A stretch of 64,000 nt of DNA from Octopus sinensis (taxonomy: Eukaryota). Where the stretch lies: contig NC_043001.1 in NCBI RefSeq assembly GCF_006345805.1, positions 103,974,001-104,038,000 of the forward strand, given 5' to 3'. A model generated the notes under the pieces. That model was not told the origin of the DNA. It was given only the letters and a program-made list of their open reading frames with translations, and did no database searches. Shown one piece after another: positions 50,323 through 64,000 of this stretch. Each line of letters begins with the position of its first letter. The stretch's first letter is position 1. The position numbers were made by a program, and so were the translations under genes.

Positions 50323-51244
50323 CGAGACAATCAAAATATGCTATATATACACATACATACATACATACATTGAACTATATATATATGCCTGGTTAAGGTA
50401 GCTTTCTGTGTATAATTGTCAACAATTTCTGTTTGTGTATTATATGCGTATGTATTGGCTGCAATCATGTGTGCGTATGTGTGTGCGCGCGTGTATGTGC
50501 GTGTGAGTGTGTGTGCGTGTAAGTATGTGTGCGCGCGCACATTTTGTCCATGTGTGTTTCTTTGGCTGTATCTGTATCTGTAACTCTTCACGACATGATT
50601 CATACGAAATTATCGATTGGTCTTGTGAACTGTCAGATCTAACCTTCTTCCCTCCTCGAAGTTGGGGTCAAGTTTATAGTCTCTTCAGTTCACTTATAGA
50701 CTCACGCCACACGTTAGCCAAAGCTCCGTCACCACAAGCCAGCTAGTTAACCCCTACGCGTTTATTGAAGCTGCTAGATATAAGAGTCGAAATATCCTCA
50801 AACATTAGGTTACTGTCTAAAAATACGGAATGGTGCGTAACATGGATGTGTCTAGAAAAAAGAAAGTAAAGTTGGGGATGGTCATAATGGGAACGCCTTC
50901 GGTCACGGGACTGCTTTTACCCAGGTAGATCTATGATCAACAACAACAACCACACCTGCTGGTGTAGTTGTTGAGCTGGTCATTAAATTCCGTCGAATGA
51001 AAGACGATAAAATTGAATCGTGGACGGAGAAGGAAAGAGGGATGGAGTACGAGAGAGGATGAGGGATGACGTCGGTATTGATAAAGTGAGGCGGAGAATG
51101 AGATCTTTCGATATTGGTCACTATGGAGTGGTGTGATGAGGAAGTTGGCGATCCGAGAGTTGTTTAGCCTCGGGTCAAACCTGACTCAGCAAAAGGCCTT
51201 CTGGACAGGTTGCTGTTGTGGTTGGTATTATATATATTCTTTTA

Positions 51245-51690
51245 ATCTTTTACTTGTTTCAGTTCATTTGACTGCGGCCATGCTGGAGCACCGCCTTTAG
51301 TCGAGCAAATCGACCCCTCCCCCCCCCCGGACTTATTCTGTGTAAGCCTGGTACTTATTCTATCGGTCTCTTTTGCTGAACCGCTAAGGTGCGGGGACTA
51401 AACCACACCAACCTCGCTTGTCAAGCGGTGGTAGGAGACAAACCCAGAAATACAAACATCTACACATACATACATACATATCTATCTATATGTATGTGTG
51501 TGTATGTGTGTGTGTGTGTCTGTGTCTGTGTCCATGCATGCATGCATGTATGTATTTATGTATATATATATATATATATATATAGATATAGATATATACA
51601 ACAGGCTTCTTTCAGTTTACATCTACCAAATCCACTGACAAGGCTTTGGTCAGCCCGAGGCTATAGTACAAGACACTTGCGCAAAGAGCC
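51245..51690 (-). mobile_element. CORE-type SINE S2
   Basis: cttttacttgtttcag...gactgcggccatgctggagcaccgcc...ggctatagtacaagacacttg. Confidence 0.85.
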
Positions 51691-52120
51691 ACGCATACGT
51701 ACATGCATACATGCATGCTAGTATACAACGCATACATGCATGCTAGTATACATACATATATACATACATAAATAAATATATACCTACGAACATATACAAA
51801 CACATACATAAATTCATGCATTCATATATAAATGCAATCCTACACACATATACATACATATATCCATAAACATATGTATATACACACAAACGTACATATA
51901 CATACACACATACGTACATACATTTATATACATACACACACACACACATACACACACACAAACACATGCCAAGCCTATAAGAAGGTAGGTAAAGAGATCG
52001 GCAGCGGCGACTAATCGATAGAACAGATCGGCCACTCTTCAGAATTGAAGTCGACAAGTGTGTGTGTATGATTAAAGAAAGCGAAATGTTATTGCACGGA
52101 CGGACCTCTGCTTACATATC

Positions 52121-52753
<633 letters not shown>

Positions 52754-52754
52754 A

Positions 52755-53150
52755 AGAAAATGGAATGAACGACTTTCTTTATTCAAAATCACTACGATTC
52801 TTTCGACAATTTGTCACGTGAGGAGATGTTGCGAAAGAACTTTACATTTTGATTCTAATTGTATTGACTTTTGATGATAATTGTTTTTTAATTGATCTGT
52901 GGATTTAGTTTTGTCTGTAAACTGCTGAAAATGACACATCCCTCTGGGTATGCATTCTCACTTTGCGTGAAATGACAATGGGTCATAACCAAGGACTTTA
53001 TTGAGACAATCACCTGAGGAGACGATATTTTACATTTTCCAGGGACGATAATGATTACAAAACATCTCACCGATGTACTACAGGTGTAAAAATATGTCGA
53101 AAGAATTGTAATGATTTTAAAGAAAAGATACCGTTCCTTCCATTTTCTAT
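52755..53150. mobile_element. MITE-like element with about 55-bp degenerate TIRs
   Basis: agaaaatggaatgaacg...aaaatcactacgattctttcgaca is mirrored by tgtcgaaagaattgtaatgatttt...cgttccttccattttct. Confidence 0.65.
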
Positions 53151-53298
53151 CATTTATCTAGTTATATAAACTAGATAAATTCTGTTGTATATCCAGTAGC
53201 AGGAATCATTTCCACTGTTTAATGACATCAGATAGCCAATAGCTGTGGATGGATGAGCTTTGCATAGCATTCTTCAAGGTTTTTACCAGAATCTGATT

Positions 53299-53350
<52 letters not shown>

Positions 53351-53354
<4 letters not shown>

Positions 53355-53850
53355 ATAAATAAAAATATATGCATACATACAATATATATGTACGTACCTA
53401 CATCTACATGTATATATACATGCATATATAAATAATTATACGTGAGTACAGGATACCACAACAAGACGTAGAAACGGGAAAAACAAAAAAACAGTTACAG
53501 GACGTGCTACACATGGAAAAAACCCCCGTCATCAGCTGTCGCTAGTAAACTCAAGCATGTTTCGAAGGCAAGACAGAACACTAATCCACTAGGCCTTCCT
53601 GCGAGAGAATTAAAATAAAATTCCAAGCAGCAGGGCAAAATGAGTACGAACACGAACAGGACGTAAGAATAAAATTGCAAAAATAAAAATACATGTACAA
53701 AAAATACAAATAAATACAAAACGAGAAAATAAAAAGAGAATACGATACGGGAAATCAAACACACAAGAGGACGAACGAAAAAGCCTTTTTTCTGGCATAG
53801 ACGGAAGATACTGTGGCAGCGCGTGGAAGGCAGTCTTTTCACAAATATAT
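53351..53850 (-). mobile_element. Repeat family B (divergent relative of family A) between two (TA)n tracts
   Basis: Shares the gtacgtacctac..ctacatgtatata.acatgcata segment with family A, and the same upstream hairpin plus CGCRGGAAGG. Confidence 0.75.
53523..53592 (-). ncRNA. Candidate non-circularly permuted hammerhead ribozyme, copy B
   Basis: CUAGUGGAUU a GUGU U CUGUC uug CCUUC GAA ACAU gcuug AGUUUACUAG c GACAG CUGAUGA C GGGGG. Confidence 0.75.
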
Positions 53851-53887
53851 ATATGTACATATATATAATATATATCTATCTATCTAT

Positions 53888-53977
<90 letters not shown>

Positions 53978-53993
53978 CATACTATATATTACT

Positions 53994-54032
<39 letters not shown>

Positions 54033-54516
54033 TATATATATATATATATATATATTATACATATGATAAACTCTACGATATTTGCATATTTTCACATTTA
54101 AATTTTAATGAGTTGTAATTTTGTGCTTTCTTAATTAGCTGTGTCCTTTTGTGTTTTGTGGAGCCCACTTTCTCAAGAACTCTGTCGAGACAATTAGGCA
54201 CAATTACAATTCACCAATAATTACATATATAAATCTAAAGCTGTCGTTTTGATGGAAGAATTTTAGATTTCTCATTAGCTCGGCGCAGCTTTTGAAAATC
54301 TTTCCGTTTTCCTTTTTCCTTATCTGAAGCATTATATTAACATTTCCTGCGGAACTGGCATTCTTCTACGTTTCATTCTTTCCGTTTATGTCTGTTTATG
54401 TTTGGTGTGTTTTGCTTAAATTCTGCCGAGTTATAAAAGGATCATTCCATTAGTATTCGCTACTGCTCTGAATAATTATACTTCACATATTTCCACAGTT
54501 TTTAATATATTTTTGG

Positions 54517-54694
54517 CAGGAGTGGCTATGTGGTAGGTAGCTTGCTTACCAACCACATGGTTCCGGGTTCAGTCCCACTGCGTGGCACCTTGGGCAAGTG
54601 TCTTCTACAGTAGCCTCGGGCCGACCAAAGCCTTGTAAGTGATTTGGTAGACGGAAACTGAAAGAAGCCCGTCATATATATGAATATATTTATA

Positions 54695-54775
<81 letters not shown>

Positions 54776-55020
54776 ATATATATCTATATATATATATATA
54801 TATATATATATGGGTCTGTGTGGTGTATATATATATATTTGTGTGTCTGTGTCCCCCCCACATCGCTTGACAACCGATGGTGGTGTGTTTACGTCCCCGT
54901 AACTTAGCGTTTCGGCATAAGAGACCGACAGAATAAGTCCTGAGGGTGATGTGCTCGACTAAAGGCCGTGCTCCAGCATGGCTGCAGTCAAATGACTGAA
55001 ACAAGTAAAAGAGTAAAGAG
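54517..55020 (+). mobile_element. Full-length CORE-type SINE S2 with internal (TA)n
   Basis: caggagtggctatgtggtaggtagc...accttgggcaagtgtcttctac...aatgactgaaacaagtaaaagagtaaagag. Confidence 0.9.
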
Positions 55021-55280
55021 TAGTCGGGAATGTCCTTTCTTTAGATTGCGTTGGGTAACGTTTGGGTCCCGACACCATATCCATCCGGATCGTGATGGCA
55101 TTTTCGGACAACTACTTACGATTCTGCCATACGCCAGAGAACAGGGATGAAGGGGGTGCAGTCACATTGCTTAAACTTGCAATGAAAACGCTTTGAAAGT
55201 CTTCATTGGCTAAACAAACGAACAGAGAAACGTTTTTGGAATCATCTGGAACTTTACTTTACCATTATTAGATTTACTTC

Positions 55281-55680
55281 AAGGCGGCGAGCTGGCAGAA
55301 ACGTTAGCACACCGGGCGAAATGCATAGCCGTATTTCGTCTGCCGTTACATTCTGAGTTCAAATTCCGCCGAGGTCGACTTTGCCTTTCATCCTTTCGGG
55401 GTCGATTACATAAGTACCAGTTACGCACTGGGGTCCATATAATCGACTTAATCCGTTTGTCTGTCCTTGTTCGTCCCCTCGCTGTTTAGCTCCTTGTGGG
55501 TAGTAAAGAAATTGGTATTTCGTTTGTCTTCACGTTTTGAGTTCAAATTCCGCCGAGAGAAACTTTGCCTTTCATCCTTTCGGGATCGATAGATTAAGTA
55601 ACAGTTGCGTATTGGGGTCGATTTAATCGATAGGCCCCTTCCCCATATATTTCGGATCTTGTGCCTAGAGTAGAAAAGAT
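55281..55680 (+). mobile_element. SINE family S1, long form (tRNA head plus Meta/Sauria-like core)
   Basis: aaggcggcgagctggcagaaacgttagcac...gagttcaaattcc...gcctttcatcctttcggggtcgat. Confidence 0.9.
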
Positions 55681-55705
55681 TATTAGATTTATCTGATTTC
55701 ATTGA

Positions 55706-56020
55706 TGTCTATCTATCTATCCGCTCAGTCGACGTCGCCTCTCGGTCACTCGTTGGATCAGTGTCCTCCAGTCAGTTCTATCCTGGGCCGCTTCTTTCAG
55801 ATTGGCTATGTCCATTCCGGTATCCCTCTTGATGATGTCAAGCCAGCGGGTTCTTGGTCGGCCTCTTCTTCTCTTGCCACTGACCATTCCGAGCATGATG
55901 TCCTTCGCCAGGGATTTTCTCCGCACAATATGACCGAAATATACCAATCTATGTTTGGTGATCCTAGCTTCTAGCGACATTTTCGGCCTGATCTGCTTAA
56001 AAACTTCTCCATTGGTGTAC
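55706..56020 (-). mobile_element. 3' end of a BovB-like RTE LINE with a (GATA)n tail
   Basis: RLVYFGHIVRRKSLAKDIMLGMVSGKRRRGRPRTRWLD...AAQDRTDWR is an RTE C-terminus, and the stop runs into gatagatagata. Confidence 0.9.
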
Positions 56021-56042
56021 AAATATTATTATTATTATTATT

Positions 56043-56082
<40 letters not shown>

Positions 56083-56100
56083 TTGTTATTGTTGTTATTA

Positions 56101-56160
<60 letters not shown>

Positions 56161-56162
<2 letters not shown>

Positions 56163-56710
56163 GAGTGAGCGAGCAGAGCATGCCATCAAAGTCACACTGG
56201 GGTAAAATATACAAAGCCCAGTATACCCATCATGACTACCGTCTGATAAGGGTACACCAGGCACATGCATCACAACACCATATGTGCGCGACATGGTGAT
56301 CTCATATCAAATAAACAGCACATGACCTTGCAGGTGGAGCCCAGTTAGAATTTTCTTCAGATCGAGTAACCCATCCCGCTCAAAAGGTCCCTGAATAAGG
56401 GTTGTTTAAGGACGTTGAACGAAACACCATGTTTCCAGAGGGGAATTATTCAAACCCCAAAGAATCCTTCTCAACACATGGCTATGATGCTCCCCCACTA
56501 CTTCTGCTCGTGATCAGAGATGCACATATCGTCAGCCACTAAGGGACATGCTCAACTGGTTAAGGTCAAACAACTGACAAGCAAATCTGTGGTATTGAGC
56601 AGAATATTTGCTGTAGCCCATCTTTTATACCAAGACAAAACAGTGTACATGATAACATTTCCAATCAGTTAAGATCAGAAGCCATGAGAGCCACTGCCTG
56701 GTATTGCATT
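56161..56710 (-). mobile_element. Repeat family D, flanked on both sides by (TAT/TAA)n
   Basis: A second copy lies at 26120-26660. No ORF, tRNA head or TIR was recognised. The strand is inferred from the (TAA)n tail. Confidence 0.7.
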
Positions 56711-56723
56711 ATTATTATTATTA

Positions 56724-56762
<39 letters not shown>

Positions 56763-56887
56763 CATTATCATTATTATTATTATTACTATTGTTGTTGTTG
56801 TTGTTGTTGTTGTTGTCTTTTTACTTTTAATCTGCATCTTTGTTACATATAAATGTGTGTGTATATATATACACACACACACACACA

Positions 56888-56918
<31 letters not shown>

Positions 56919-57468
56919 GTGTGTGTGTATGCACACGTACATACACGCACAAATTCACGTGCGATCGTGAAGATATGCATACTGTAATGAAATTAGTATG
57001 GCTTGGCTGTATATAAATTTTAAACTATACACACGCGCACAAACATCCCTGTAAGCACGGACTCACAAACACACTCACAGACACACAGACACACTCACAT
57101 ACACTCGCAGTAACTATATATAACTATACATGTATGAATGCACCTACATCCATGTGTGTGTATTACACTAGTGCATATGTACCAAATATATTGTATCACG
57201 TGATAGCAGTAACCAATATTACTTTTTCACTCAATATTTCTTTTTATAAATATGTTTAATATACAACAGACATTAGGATAACATGAACATTATGATATAG
57301 TGTAAGAGCGATATAACACAACAGAGAAAAGGAGAGAATATCATAGATTCATTCTATCGCGTTGCTGCTAGACGAGTGCTAAGTCACGTGCTCTTCCCAT
57401 GCAACCACATCACAGTCTGTCGTCTGCTGAATCTTCGTCGTTTGCTTGCCCTTGCCTTTATTGTCTCT

Positions 57469-57718
57469 TATGTGTGTATGTATGTATATATATATGTATG
57501 TATGTATGTGTGTGTGTATGTATGTATGTATGTATATGTGTGCATGTATGTATGTATGTGTGTGTATGTATGTATATATGTATGTATGTGTGTATGTATG
57601 TATATATGTATGTATGTGTGTATGTATGTATGTATGTATGTGTGCATGTATGTATGTATATATATGTATGTATGTATGTATGTGTGTATGTATGTATGTA
57701 TGTGTGCATGTATGTATG

Positions 57719-57749
<31 letters not shown>

Positions 57750-58250
57750 GTGTATGTATGTATGTATGTATGTGTGTGTGTATGTATGTATGTATGTATG
57801 TATGTATGTATGCATGTATGTATGTATGTGTGTATGTGTGTATGTGTGTATATATGTATATATCTATGTATCTATATATATATATGTATGTATGTGAATG
57901 TGTGTGTATGTGTGTAAGGGTGTATGTGTGTAAGTGTGTGATTGTATGTATGAGTGTGATGGTGTGTGTGTGCGCGCGTGTGTGTGTGTGTGTGTGTGTG
58001 TGTGGTTCTGAGTTTGTTTATGTCTGTGTGTGTGTGAGTGCGTGTGAATGCGTGTGAAGTTGTGATTTCATGACTCTGTGTGAGTGTGTGCATGAGTGTA
58101 TGTGTTAGTGTGTCTGCATGTGTGTATGTGCTGTGAATGTATGTGTCAGTGTGTACGTGAATGTCTGAGAGTGCGTGTGAGTTTGTGAGTGCATGTGTGT
58201 GTGTGTTTGTGTGTGTGTGTGAGTGCATGTGTGTGTGTGTGTGTGTGAAT
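57469..58250. repeat. (TATG)/(TG)n compound microsatellite
   Basis: Seen directly. Confidence 0.95.
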
Positions 58251-58765
58251 GTTTTTGCTAACAGATTCCCCTGGCCTTGCTCGCATGCAAGAATGATTTT
58301 CAAAGTTAAATGACGAAATTCATTCCAACTTCTTACTCAATGCTTTTTGTATTAATATAAGCTTCTTATGGCAATTAGCAAGTTTTTCTAAATGTAACAA
58401 TGTTTTCTAATAGTGCTTACTCCATAAACAATAACACCTGGCTGTGTGTGTGTGTGTGTGTGTGCGTGCGTGTGTGTGTGTGTGTGTGGTGTGTGTGTGT
58501 GTGTGAAGAAATAAATGAAGTTAAAAATGTAACGGCAAGCATTGTCTGTTTGCAGTTTCAGCTTCTTTTGTGCTTTTTATGTTACACACACACACACACA
58601 GCATACATGTTTTGCTAGCCACCTCATTTTTACTATTTTTAAGAGTAATATTACTTCACATATATATATATATATATATAGGTAGGTGTGTGTGTGTGTA
58701 TGTATGTATTTATGTATATATATATATATATATATAGTATATATATATACATATATTATATATAT

Positions 58766-58803
<38 letters not shown>

Positions 58804-59177
58804 GATATATATATATATACCTATATTATATATATACATATACCTATATATACATATATCTATAGATATATATCTGTATATACATATATATATACATATA
58901 TATATCATATATATATAATATTATATAGATATATATAATATTATATATATTATATGTATGTATATATTTATATTATATGTATATGTACGCATATACGTAT
59001 GACAGCGTGATGACATCATTCGAAAGCTAAAATAATGCAAAACGGATTGTGGCCAACGACGTATAACTACAGTCTGGTGGATCACGTGATAATGTGTGTG
59101 TGTATGTGTGTGTGTGTGTGGAAGTGCTGAATGTGAGTATCAGTGATCACGCAAAGAAATATACATAAAGGCTCCGA

Positions 59178-59560
59178 CATGGCAGTGTGGTAAGAAACTT
59201 GCTTCACAACCATATGGTTCTGGGTTCAGTCCCACTGTGTGACACCTTGCGCAAGTCTCTTCTACTATAGTCTCGGGCTGACTGAAACGTTGTTAGTGGA
59301 TTTGGTAGACGGAAACTGATTGAAGCGAGTCTTATACAGCTGTGTGTGTGTGTATATTAGTGTCTGTTTTTGTTCCCACCACCGCTTGACAACCGGTGCT
59401 GGTGTGCTTACGTCCCTGTAACTTAGCGGTTCGGCATAGGTGACCAACAGAATAGGTACCAGACTTTAAAGAAAGTACTGGTGTCGATTCGTTCGACTAA
59501 AATTCTCCAAGGCGATGCCCCAACATGACCGCAGTTAAATGATCGAAGCAGGTAAAGGAT
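59178..59560 (+). mobile_element. CORE-type SINE S2
   Basis: tggcagtgtggtaagaaacttgc...gacaccttgcgcaagt...catgaccgcag. Confidence 0.85.
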
Positions 59561-61220
59561 AATCGATATAACAAACTGAGGAAAATTGCACGGAAAATTG
59601 AGAAATTACAAGTCAAAAATTTAGAAAAATAGTTTGTTATATTCCCTTAATAAATCTAACAAGAATGTGTTGTCTTGTAATTGCTTTCTCCCGCCGTTGT
59701 CATGGTAAACTATACAATCATTTCATTTAATTCTGTTAGGATTTGCTGACAACATGTTATTCATATTTTTCATAAAGTAATCACAAGACAGTAATACATT
59801 TCTACACTTGTCTCTCTTAGAATTGTTGCTAAATGTCTTAACGTCATCCTTTCGAAAACTTCTGACATATTCACATTCCTTCCTCATATCACTTCTCTTT
59901 TATTTCTGCCACAAACACATTTTGCCCAATTTTCCCTTACCAAAACTGCAACATTCTTTAACTTTTAACCTGCTCAAGAGAAAACCCAATTTTTGACCTA
60001 CAAAACTACGGAGGTCTAAACTAAACAATACCGGTCTGGGAGGTCCCCAAATTATTTTCTATAAAAAGATAAGCCATTTAGGCTGGGGTCACAATCAGGA
60101 ATATTTACAGCATTTTTTACTTAGAGCAAAAATATATTTTTTTCCAAACGTTCACTACCTTACAAATGCTAAACCAGCTGATCTAATCACCTTCTCTAAA
60201 TGCATTAGAAGCACTAAAACCTATTCAGAACACTGTTTCAGAAAATTATCTCCGTTCCCTTTTAGAATAAAATAGACAAATTTTGCTGGGGGGAAATGAT
60301 TAAGACAAATTAAGGTTAATTTTCCTCATCAATTCTCAAGAATTCCATTTGAAAAAAGACCCAAACACATCAGTATCCATCTTTAGACATCAAAAAGATC
60401 AGAAATACAACAAAAATCTTGAATATTTAGGTCGAATTGAAAAGGTTAATGGAAAATGGCGTCTGATATGAAATTAATGAAGTCTAAAACCTCAGAATAA
60501 AATATTTTCTCTCTCTTCTTCACGATTTGCTGGACTGACTCTTTTCCTGATATATTTAAGCACGATGCAATTAATGAGAAGTTTTGGAAATTAGTCATAA
60601 TCATTTATTTTCCATTTTGGACATCATTTTTGAAAATTGAAAATCATCAAATTAGACAGAATACAACAGAGAAAATAATGTTGATTGTTAAATACTAAAA
60701 ATTATCCAGATATGTTATTAACAACCTTAATTACAATCCGATCGATGTTGAAGAAACATTTTTTGAAAAAAAGCAGTTACCTGTCACCTGGCTATGTCTT
60801 AAACTCTCTCAACTTCAACAACAACAACAACAACAACAGCTATGCTGACCAACTTATACTCCCAAGGACGATGCAACAGTACAAAACGATGATGTAATAC
60901 TTGCAATGTAATGGTTTCAAGCAAGGTAAAAAAACGAATCAGAAATTACTCACTTTGCCCCACTTACACATTTGGTTCCCCACTACTTATATTCGTTTGT
61001 AAAATCAATTACACCTTGTGAGTGTCATATGTGAACGAATGATTGGATTATTCCCAGAGATCGACTGGCAGAACCGGTAGCGCATCGGGTAAATGCTTGG
61101 CGGCATTTATTCCGGTTTTTTTCACTTCTGAGTTGAAATCCTGCCGAGGTCACCTTTGCCTTTAAATCTTCCGGACAACACAGTGGCATAAAACTTCCAG
61201 AACGGATTCTAACCCCGCCT

Positions 61221-61276
<56 letters not shown>

Positions 61277-61759
61277 CAAACTTTCTGCTCTGCATTGTCG
61301 GAAGCACATGGAGTAACTCCCATGGATCATTTTCCTCTTACACAATTATATCCACCCTCTTACTTAGTAATAACCTGGTAGAGCATCCCCCGTGATGGTA
61401 ATTACCGGTATTAACAATGTTCGAACGTAAAACGATTAATATCTGTGTGTACTAGCGTGGAATATCTAATCAGCCATACTGCCTCTGCACCCGGTCTGCT
61501 ATGAGCAAGCCATCAAGGAATCACCTAACGAGAAATAGTTAGCAGATCTACCTCAAGTCATACCCTACCATCTTAATAAAAAGGAGGATAATGTCACACA
61601 GAGAACAAGGTTGGATGGAAGTGGATGGATTGTTTTTGTTCTTAAAGGTTTTCGCTTATGGTTGACTTGGACCTCAACAGCATTCTTCGTTTTTCCAGTT
61701 AATACTTTACGCAATAAATTACAGTTTATTTTATGTGATAAGAATTGCTAAGAATTGAT

Positions 61760-61990
61760 GGCGGTGAGCTGGCAGAAACGTTAGCACGCCAGGCGAAATG
61801 CTTAGCGATGTTTTGTCTGCCGTTACGTTCTGAGTTCAAATTCCGCCGAGGTCGACTTTGCCTTTCATCCTTTTGGGGTCGATAAATTAAGTACCAGTTA
61901 CGCACTGGGGTCGATGTAATCGACTCAATCCGTTTGTCAGTCCTTGTTTGTCCCCTCTATGTTTAGCCCCCTGTGGGTAGTAAAGAAATA
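61760..61990 (+). mobile_element. SINE family S1
   Basis: ggcggtgagctggcagaaacgttagcacgcc..., flanked by the direct repeat taagaattg (TSD-like). Confidence 0.9.
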
Positions 61991-62936
61991 AGAATTGTTA
62001 AGAATTGGTAAGACACTCTCTAGAGAGCTGAACAGTAGAAAGTCTTCAGAGAACAAATCCACCTTCAGCAAGTGTTTTGGCCCTTAACCTCTTACACTCT
62101 AACAGGGCTGGACCGCATCCAGGTCATCACACTTTAGTTCCCTTCTGCTGACACTTTTTTAGCCGCTTGGATATCGGAAACTTGTGCATTTAAACTGCTT
62201 GGAGATTTCATCTAGTTGGAACTGTTCTCGTTAGCTCAGCTTTATACTGGACAAATCGAGAAAATAATAACTTCAATAAAATCCGCCAATATTTTCAAGT
62301 ATAGTTGCTCTCTGTGTAGCTGTAACTGTGAATTAATTTCAGATAACATAAATTTTCCATTCTTTTTCAGAGACTTCAAATTTCTGTTTAATTTTATTCT
62401 TCAAGATAAAAGAGATGAAATAGCAAAGCTGTTTTTTTTTTGTTTCTTTTTCCTTCTACAGACTTTTATTTTATTTTGACGATTGTCTTAAAAACATTAT
62501 TTCCCGTTTCCGGTTAATAGATTTCTCTATGAATTTATTCCTCTTTTACGTTTTCCATTTCGTAATATCCTCAAATTTCGAGTGTCTTTGTTGTGTCAAT
62601 GTTGTTGTTGTTGATGGTGATTTGTTTTATATCGATCTGATTATCATTATAATCTTCGTAGTTATTCCTACAAACAAACTACCTCAAACACCAACATCAA
62701 CATCGACAACACCAGCGACTGCAAAATCCTCAACACAATCATCATCACCATTACCATCGTTATCATAAACATCATCATAACCATTATCATCAATGCTGTA
62801 TAATAATACTTTCATTATTATTGCCGGTTTATTACTACTAAAAATTGCTGACTGGCCTGCTGGTGTTCCCTCATCTATGCCCCATTGGCTAATATAAAAT
62901 TAACATCATCATCATCGTCATCGTTATTATTTTCTT

Positions 62937-63150
62937 AAGGCGACGAGCTGACAGAATCGTTAGCACACCACGCGAAATGCTTAGCGGTATTTCGTCTGCA
63001 GCTACGTTCTGAATTCGAACTCCGCCGAGGTCAACTTTGCCTCTCATAGTTTCAGGCTCAATAAATTAAGTACCAGTGAAATATTGGGGTCGATGTAATC
63101 GACTACCCCCCTCCCCCATATTTTAGGCCCTGTGCCTATAGTAGAAAGGA
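62937..63150 (+). mobile_element. SINE family S1 with (ATT)n tail
   Basis: aaggcgacgagctgacagaatcgttagcac...tagtagaaaggatgattattatt. Confidence 0.9.
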
Positions 63151-63152
63151 TG

Positions 63153-63214
<62 letters not shown>

Positions 63215-63314
63215 CATCATCATCATCATTATTATTATTATTATCATTATTATTATTATTATTATTATTACTATTATTATTATTATTATTTTTATTATTA
63301 TTATACCACTCAGA

Positions 63315-63525
63315 CTAGAATCAAACCCACATATCAATGCTAACATAGCTCCTTGCGCATCCGATTGAGCTAGGACACTCACCTATAAATTTCAGCCAAA
63401 TCTTATGTATTAGACAGTTTATTATCTATACATAAAATTTGGTTGAAATTTACGGGTGAGTGTTCTGGCTCAATCGGATGCTCAAGGTACCATGTTAGCG
63501 TTGTGATATGTGAGTTCGATTCTAG
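63315..63525. repeat. About 210-bp palindromic (fold-back) element
   Basis: ctagaatcaaacccacatatc...catccgattgagctaggacactcacc...aaatttcagccaaat is mirrored by atttggttgaaattt...ggtgagtgttctggctcaatcggatg...gatatgtgagttcgattctag. Confidence 0.85.
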
Positions 63526-63583
63526 CGTTAGTTAGCTCATGATTTTTCAGTCAATTGTTTAGATAAATGTCGCTTTAATCAGA

Positions 63584-63652
<69 letters not shown>

Positions 63653-63819
63653 ATGTATATATTAATATTATGATATATATTATATAGTTATTGTATAGAA
63701 AAGACTGTCGTAGTCGCTTTTTTTCCGTAACTTATCAAGCCTCTAGGTTTGTTTACAAATATTATATGTAGCATATATATGTATATGTGTTTGTGTGCAT
63801 GCATGCATGTATGTATATT

Positions 63820-63975
63820 TGACGGGTTTCTTTCACTTTCCAATGACCAAATCTACTCACAAGACTTTGGTCAGCTCAAGGCTATAGTAGAAGGCACATG
63901 CCTAAGGTGCCACGCAGTGGGACTGAATCCAGAACCATGTGATTGAAAAGCAAACTTCTTACCATACAGCTACGC
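63820..63975 (-). mobile_element. CORE-type SINE S2, 5' half
   Basis: aaggtgccacgcagtgggactgaatccagaaccatg. Confidence 0.8.
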
Positions 63976-64000
63976 ATGCGACATTATTGTGTCGTGTCTC

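Noticed and set aside
59800-60900. Possible decayed L1/Tx1 RT C-terminus (NYGGLN)
   Set aside because: Only one weak motif, and boundaries cannot be supported.

Overview
AT-rich, microsatellite-dense eukaryotic DNA with no recognisable host-gene exon. The SINE repertoire suggests a coleoid cephalopod, probably Octopus (inference). Nearly all listed ORFs are artefacts of simple repeats or SINEs. The window is a patchwork of at least four tRNA-derived SINE families, decayed RTE LINE pieces (one with a twin-priming-type 5' inversion), a Penelope-like RT fragment, a Helitron PIF1-helicase fragment plus a HINE, and mariner/Tc1, pogo and piggyBac remnants and MITEs. The main hidden signal is RNA-level: about ten hammerhead ribozyme (HHR) motifs lie in short Penelope-like repeats, most of which abut microsatellites. 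Two divergent copies of one repeat (48580-48656 and 53523-53592, both minus strand; a truncated third copy at 529-570) contain all three HHR core strands in a NON-circularly permuted order: [stem III-UH-stem I] -> [stem II-GAAA-stem III] -> [stem I-CUGANGA-stem II]. An extra 9-10 bp helix closes the fold. Stem I, stem III and the extra helix differ in sequence between the two copies yet still pair. All structures were read by eye and none was computed or tested.
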